Below, in pieces: positions 59,282-64,000 of a DNA stretch of 64,000 nt; within the stretch, counting starts at the first letter, position 1; every line of letters begins with the position of its first letter. Both the position numbers and the translations under genes were made by a program. The notes under the pieces are model-generated. The model saw nothing but the letters and a program-made list of their open reading frames with translations, searched no databases and was not told the DNA's origin. Source of the stretch: Acidobacteriota bacterium (GTDB lineage: Bacteria > Acidobacteriota > UBA890 > WLXD01); NCBI GenBank assembly GCA_963666215.2, contig CAXWPL010000002.1, forward strand, positions 448,001 through 512,000, written 5' to 3'.

Positions 59282-60166
59282 ATGACGCTTGCCTCCGAAG
59301 CCTCAGCGCAGTTCGTCGTCCATACCGAGCTCTTCGAGGGGCCGCTCGATCTGTTGCTGCATCACGTGCGCTCCCGTGAAGTCCCGATCGAAGAGCTGCC
59401 GCTTGCCGATATCACCGCCTCGTACCTGAAGACGCTCGAATTCCTGCAGAAGATCGACCTCGAGCCAGCGAGCGAGTTTCTGGATGTTGCGGCAACGCTG
59501 ACGCGGATGAAGGCGCGGTCACTGTTACCTCGTCCCGAGACCGGCGCCGACGCCGAGGCCGCGGCTCTGGAAGAGCAGGAGCTGCTGCAGCGCCTGGTTG
59601 AGCATCAGGTGGTCAGGCTTGCGGCCGAGCAGTTACGCAACCACGAAACGAAGGCCGCGTCGGTATGGTTCCGCGGCGACGCCGAGCCACTGAACGCGAG
59701 CGACGATGAGCCTCAAGTCCTCGAGGCCGACCTGTTCGCCCTCGTGGCCGCTTTCAGAGGGCTTCTCGAAGGGGCGCCAGAGCAACAGGTCATGGCATTC
59801 GCTCGCGAGGAATTTTCGGTGCAAGCGTGTGCCGAGGCGATCCGTGTGCGCTTGGCGTCGGGTGGGCCGGTTCCGTTCGAGGAGCTGTTTGCCCCCGGGG
59901 TGCCGCGCGGCAAGCTGATCGCGACCTTTCTCGCTCTGCTCGATCTCATCCGCGAGGCGGACGCTCGCGCCTTCCAGCAGGGAGCGTGCGGCGCCATCAT
60001 GATCTTCCCGGGTGCCGGGAGGCCGACGAGTGGCGCCTCTGAGACCGAGCCGGCCGAGGTTGCGGCTGTGGGCGAGGCCGGCGTGGTGGCGGCCGCCGAA
60101 GAGGCGATCGAGCTCGACGCTGCCCTCGATGCCGACGGGCCGTCTGTAGACGAGGTCGTGCACTGA
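59282..60166 (+). CDS. scpA: segregation and condensation protein A
   Basis: FEGPLDLLL, KARSLLP, TFLALLDL. Confidence 0.93.
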   Translation: MTLASEASAQFVVHTELFEGPLDLLLHHVRSREVPIEELPLADITASYLKTLEFLQKIDLEPASEFLDVAATLTRMKARSLLPRPETGADAEAAALEEQELLQRLVEHQVVRLAAEQLRNHETKAASVWFRGDAEPLNASDDEPQVLEADLFALVAAFRGLLEGAPEQQVMAFAREEFSVQACAEAIRVRLASGGPVPFEELFAPGVPRGKLIATFLALLDLIREADARAFQQGACGAIMIFPGAGRPTSGASETEPAEVAAVGEAGVVAAAEEAIELDAALDADGPSVDEVVH

Positions 60167-60167
60167 A

Positions 60168-60929
60168 TTGAGCTCAGACCTGCAAGCAGCGAAAACCGAG
60201 AGCGGCTCGGCGATCGAAATCGAAGCTGGCGACGCCATCGTGGCGGCGGACATCATCCCGACGGTCGAAGCTCTGCTCTATTCGGCCGACGCGCCACTGA
60301 GCGCGATGAACATCGCCGACGTGCTGTACGAGGTTCAGCGGCTGGATGAGGCCATCGCGTCGACTGCGGTGCGTGCAGCGTCACCAGAACCCGGCGGCGA
60401 TGGAGCTTCTTTGTCGGTCGCGCCGCCTGACGGCGAGGACCCCGAGGCGCTCGAGGGCTCCGCTGCATCGGCGACGCCGTGGCGTGAGGCTTGGATCGCC
60501 GTCGTTCACGACGCCTGCAGCCAGCTGGCGCGGCGCTACGAGCGCGAGGGCTCGGCGCTGCAGGTCGTTGAGGTTGCGAGCGGCTATCGCCTGGGCACAC
60601 GACCCTCGTTCGACCCATGGGTTCGCGTGGCGCGACGCGTCGACCGCCGCTCGCGGCTTTCGGTGCCCTTGCTCGAGACGCTGGCGGTGGTCGCCTACAG
60701 GCAGCCCGTCACCAGCGCCGAGATCGGTGCGATACGCGGGCGCGATCCGTCGTCGGTGTTGAGACGCCTGCGCGAGCTCGGCCTGCTGCGGATTGCGGGA
60801 CGCAAGCGCACGGTCGGACGTCCGTTCACATTCGGTACCACCGAGGCTTTTCTGGAGCTCTTCGGCCTGCGCGACCTGACGGAGCTACCGGCGCCCGAAG
60901 AGTTTCAGGAGCTCCTCGAAGCGGGTTGA
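60168..60929 (+). CDS. scpB: segregation and condensation protein B
   Basis: VEALLY, EVASGYRL, LETLAVVAYRQPVT..EI..IRG, GRP..FGTT..FL..FGL. Confidence 0.93.
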   Translation: MSSDLQAAKTESGSAIEIEAGDAIVAADIIPTVEALLYSADAPLSAMNIADVLYEVQRLDEAIASTAVRAASPEPGGDGASLSVAPPDGEDPEALEGSAASATPWREAWIAVVHDACSQLARRYEREGSALQVVEVASGYRLGTRPSFDPWVRVARRVDRRSRLSVPLLETLAVVAYRQPVTSAEIGAIRGRDPSSVLRRLRELGLLRIAGRKRTVGRPFTFGTTEAFLELFGLRDLTELPAPEEFQELLEAG

Positions 60930-61834
60930 GCGAGGCTGAGCTGCCCGGCTCGCCGGGCCCGCCGAGCCTGAAGACTTCGCAGGGGCCGGAAGGGCCGCGA
61001 CGGTTGCAACGTCTGATTGCCGGCGCTGGCGTTGCGTCGCGCCGCAAGGCCGAGGAACTTCTGGTTGCCGGCCGTGTAACCGTGAATGGTGTGGTGGTTC
61101 GTGAGCTTGGCACCCGGGCGGACCTTGCGGTCGACCGCGTTGAGGTCGACGGCCGGCGGTTGATGCCCGAAGAGATCGTGGTTCTAGCACTCCACAAGCC
61201 GCGCGGCGTGGTGACGTCAGTGAGCGATCCTCACGCCACGCGCACGGCGATCGATCTTGTCGCTGGTGACTTTGAGCAGCGTCTTTATCCCGCAGGTCGT
61301 CTCGACAAGGACAGCGAGGGATTGTTGATTGTCACCAACGACGGCGAGCTCACTCACGCGATCACGCGTCCGGGCGGCCTTCTCGACAAGGAGTACCAGG
61401 TGCAGGTCGACCGGGCGCTGAGCGCCGCGGAGATCCAGCAGCTCAGCGGCGGCATGCTGCTCGGCGGACAGCAATTGCTGCCGTGCTCGATCCGGCGTTG
61501 CTCGCGCGGCGGCCTGCAGCGGCCTCTCGCTCTGTGGACGGCCGTCAGCCCCGAGGCGATGTCGAAATCGAAGGCCGGAGCTGCCCGCAATCGAGAGCTT
61601 GTCGTGTACCGGATACTGCTGCACGAGGGCAAGAATCGGCAGATTCGTCGTATGTTCCGGGCTTGCCGCCGACGCGTGCAGCGGCTCGTGCGCGTGCGCA
61701 TCGGCCCGCTGCGGCTCGGCGATTTGCGCTCGGGGTGCCACCGCCGGATCTCGGGAAGCGAGTTGGCGACTCTCCGACGCAGCTGCGGTCTGCCGGTTCA
61801 TGCAGATGGCGGGCAGCGGAGGGTAGGCTCATGA
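60926..61834 (+). CDS. rluB: rRNA pseudouridine synthase (RluB/RsuA family)
   Basis: RLQRLIA..GVASRRKAE S4 domain, HKPRG, GRLDKDSEGL, EGKNRQIRRM; TTG overlaps scpB stop. Confidence 0.88.
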   Translation: MSEAELPGSPGPPSLKTSQGPEGPRRLQRLIAGAGVASRRKAEELLVAGRVTVNGVVVRELGTRADLAVDRVEVDGRRLMPEEIVVLALHKPRGVVTSVSDPHATRTAIDLVAGDFEQRLYPAGRLDKDSEGLLIVTNDGELTHAITRPGGLLDKEYQVQVDRALSAAEIQQLSGGMLLGGQQLLPCSIRRCSRGGLQRPLALWTAVSPEAMSKSKAGAARNRELVVYRILLHEGKNRQIRRMFRACRRRVQRLVRVRIGPLRLGDLRSGCHRRISGSELATLRRSCGLPVHADGGQRRVGS

Positions 61835-62544
61835 CCCCACGGCGAGAAGGCCCGGAGCGCAATCCGAGAATCGCCATCGATGGGCCGAGCGGTGCGGGCA
61901 AGTCGACACTGGCACGCGCACTCTCGCAGCGCTTGAAGGTGCCCTACGTTGATACGGGAGCGATGTACCGCGCCGTGGCCTGGGTGTGGCAGCAGCTCCA
62001 ACCTCGGCCCGATCTCGGCTCCGATGACGGGCCCAACGAGTTGGTCGACGCGGCACGCTCGCGTTTGAGCTTCCGCTGCGCGCCTGGATCGTTCGCCGTC
62101 ATCTGCGACGGCGACGATGTCACCGAGCAGTTGCGTTCACCGGAGGTGGGACTGCACGCCTCACAGGTCGCGGCGCTGCCACAGGTGAGGGCGTGGTTGG
62201 CACCTCGTCAACGCGAGTTGGCGGCGGCTGGCGGGGTGGTGGAGGGGCGCGACATCGGAACCGTGGTGATGGCCGACGCCGACGTCAAGTTCTTCGTTAC
62301 GGCGACCGAATCGGAGCGTCTGCGGCGGCGAGCGGCGCAGCTGGGCGTTACAGGCGTGCCTGAGAGCGCCGCCGCGGTGACAGCGGATGTTCGCGATCGC
62401 GATCATCGCGATCGGACGCGAGCCACGTCGCCACTGCAGCGCGCGCTCGACGCGGTGCCGGTGGACACGAGCGAAGAGGCTGTCGACGCGAGCGTACGGC
62501 GACTCCTCGCCGTGATCGACAAACGCCTCGCACAGCGCGGCTAG
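61831..62544 (+). CDS. cmk: cytidylate kinase
   Basis: IAIDGPSGAGKST, DTGAMYRA, EGRDIGTVV, RDHRD. Confidence 0.95.
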   Translation: MTPRREGPERNPRIAIDGPSGAGKSTLARALSQRLKVPYVDTGAMYRAVAWVWQQLQPRPDLGSDDGPNELVDAARSRLSFRCAPGSFAVICDGDDVTEQLRSPEVGLHASQVAALPQVRAWLAPRQRELAAAGGVVEGRDIGTVVMADADVKFFVTATESERLRRRAAQLGVTGVPESAAAVTADVRDRDHRDRTRATSPLQRALDAVPVDTSEEAVDASVRRLLAVIDKRLAQRG

Positions 62545-62915
62545 CGCCTTCGAGTGCCTGCGATCGGCCTTGGCAAGGAGTGGGTGGGCGTGGGTGTCCA
62601 TAGTGACTTTCCTTAGCGTCGCAGCAGGCGTTTCTCGCGTTGACACTCGACCTGGTCGCGCCTAACATTAGCAGCCTACTCGAAAGGCTCGTGGGGAACG
62701 TATGCTCCGGGGCCTTGGTGTGCCTACAGGTCGGTCACGAGCGGACGGCTTGTCGAGCACGCCCAGCTCACGTCGGACACGCCGAGCACGGCCGCGGAAT
62801 GCGCGTCTGCGATGGTGCCCGTGTCGCGAGGCCTCACACGAGGCTTTGAAGACTCCCAAGGAATCGCGCGCCTAACGCAGTGATCGCCAGTCGGTCAGGA
62901 GATCAACCTCAAACC

Positions 62916-64000
62916 ATGTCCGCCAACCCCAGCGAGATCCCCACCGAGAATCCCGAAGAAGGCAACGCTCCCGTCGAAGCCGTTGCCGCAGCAGTCGAAG
63001 CCGCTGCCGCCGAGTCGGCCGACGCCGCCGCCGCCGAGTCGGCCGACGCCGCCGCCGCCGAGCCGGCCCCAACAGCTTCCGACTCGCCCGATCTTCTGGC
63101 AATGCTCGAAGCGCAGGGAGACGACCACGTCGACGCCGAGCTGATGATGCAGCTCTACGACCAGAGCCTGCGGAACCTCAGCGAGGGCGGGGTCGTGATG
63201 GGCAACGTCATCGAGGTTCGCGAAAAAGAGGTGATCGTCGACATCGGGTTCAAGTCCGAGGGCATCATCAACATCGGCGAGTTCAGGGACGCCGAGGGCG
63301 TGCTGGCCATCGCGGCTGGCGACCAGGTCGAGGTTCTTCTCGTGCGCCGCGAGGACAATGACGGCAACGTCATCGTCTCGCGCGACAAGGCCGAGAAGAT
63401 GAAGGTGTGGGGGCGGATCGAGGACGCGTTCAACGCCGACGAGACGATCGAAGGGGTCGTCACCGACCGCGTCAAGGGTGGGCTTTCGGTTGACATCGGC
63501 GTGCGGGCGTTCCTCCCGGGCTCGCAGGTTGACTTGCGGCCAGTGCGCAACCTCGAAGCGTTCCGCGGCGAGACGATCGAGGTCCGCGTCATCAAGGTCA
63601 ACAAGCGACGCGCCAACGTCGTCGTCTCTCGCAAGGCGGTTCTCGAGGAGTCGCGTTCGGCCGAGAAGGAAATCACGCTCACCAAGTTGGTCGCCGCCAA
63701 CGTCCTGAAGGGCGTCGTGAAGAACATCACCGACTACGGCTGCTTCACGGATCTTGGTGGTATCGACGGGTTGCTGCACATCACCGACATGTCGTGGGGC
63801 CGTATCTCGCACCCGAGCGAGATGTTCAACATCGGCGACGAGATCGATGTCGTGATCCTCAGCTTCGATGCCGAGCGTGAGCGCGTCTCACTGGGTTACA
63901 AGCAGCTGACGCAGGATCCGTGGATCGGCGTGACCGAGAAGTACCCGGCGGGCGCCCGTACGGCAGGGCGTGTGGTCAGCCTCACCGACTACGGCGCTTT
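62916..64000 (+). CDS. rpsA: 30S ribosomal protein S1 (partial, runs off window)
   Basis: ATG 62916 after AGGAG; VDIGFKSEG, RVKGGLSVDIG, FLPGSQVD, DYGCFTDLGGIDGLLHITDMSWGR. Confidence 0.96.
   Translation, partial: MSANPSEIPTENPEEGNAPVEAVAAAVEAAAAESADAAAAESADAAAAEPAPTASDSPDLLAMLEAQGDDHVDAELMMQLYDQSLRNLSEGGVVMGNVIEVREKEVIVDIGFKSEGIINIGEFRDAEGVLAIAAGDQVEVLLVRREDNDGNVIVSRDKAEKMKVWGRIEDAFNADETIEGVVTDRVKGGLSVDIGVRAFLPGSQVDLRPVRNLEAFRGETIEVRVIKVNKRRANVVVSRKAVLEESRSAEKEITLTKLVAANVLKGVVKNITDYGCFTDLGGIDGLLHITDMSWGRISHPSEMFNIGDEIDVVILSFDAERERVSLGYKQLTQDPWIGVTEKYPAGARTAGRVVSLTDYGA
63001..63062 (+). repeat. 24-bp tandem repeat in rpsA N-terminal extension
   Basis: GCCGCCGAGTCGGCCGACGCCGCC repeated about 2.5 times (AAAAESAD). 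Confidence 0.8.

Noticed and set aside
63001-63062. Repeat units as a possible CRISPR array
   Set aside because: Contiguous in-frame 24-bp units without spacers inside rpsA; no cas genes or repeat-spacer array seen in the window

Overview
GC-rich bacterial chromosome segment; PadR plus ADOP-type permease pairs suggest an Acidobacteriota-like genome (inference). Two core blocks flank an accessory region. The left core (1-25.4 kb) holds the 3' end of alaS, an SLT, an amidase, a QueD/PTPS homologue, pgsA, pepA, dcd, an acyl-CoA dehydrogenase, a MeaB-epimerase fusion, an IS481, nadK-tlyA-ispA-xseBA-ymdB-rny, zapA, pheTS, rplT-rpmI-infC and tRNA-Val. The right core (43.8-64 kb) holds tRNA-Thr, smc, recG, rsmD, coaD, uvrBC, scpAB, rluB, cmk and the 5' end of rpsA. 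The ~18 kb accessory region between the two tRNAs is partly decayed. It contains a ~9 kb integrase-less island bounded by an ~82 bp direct repeat of the tRNA-Thr 3' half, which carries a heavy-metal RND efflux operon. The most notable signal is the gene upstream of that operon: a small ORF with a signal peptide, a His-rich segment and a C-terminal RGPP motif, whose last codons base-pair with the tolC Shine-Dalgarno. This is a candidate metal/secretion-sensing ribosome-arrest leader. Other observations: a 178-nt intergenic rod-like inverted repeat, an SMC with shortened arms and a degenerate hinge, recurrent 9-bp-period insertions in core genes, and a second IS481 copy with non-matching flanks.
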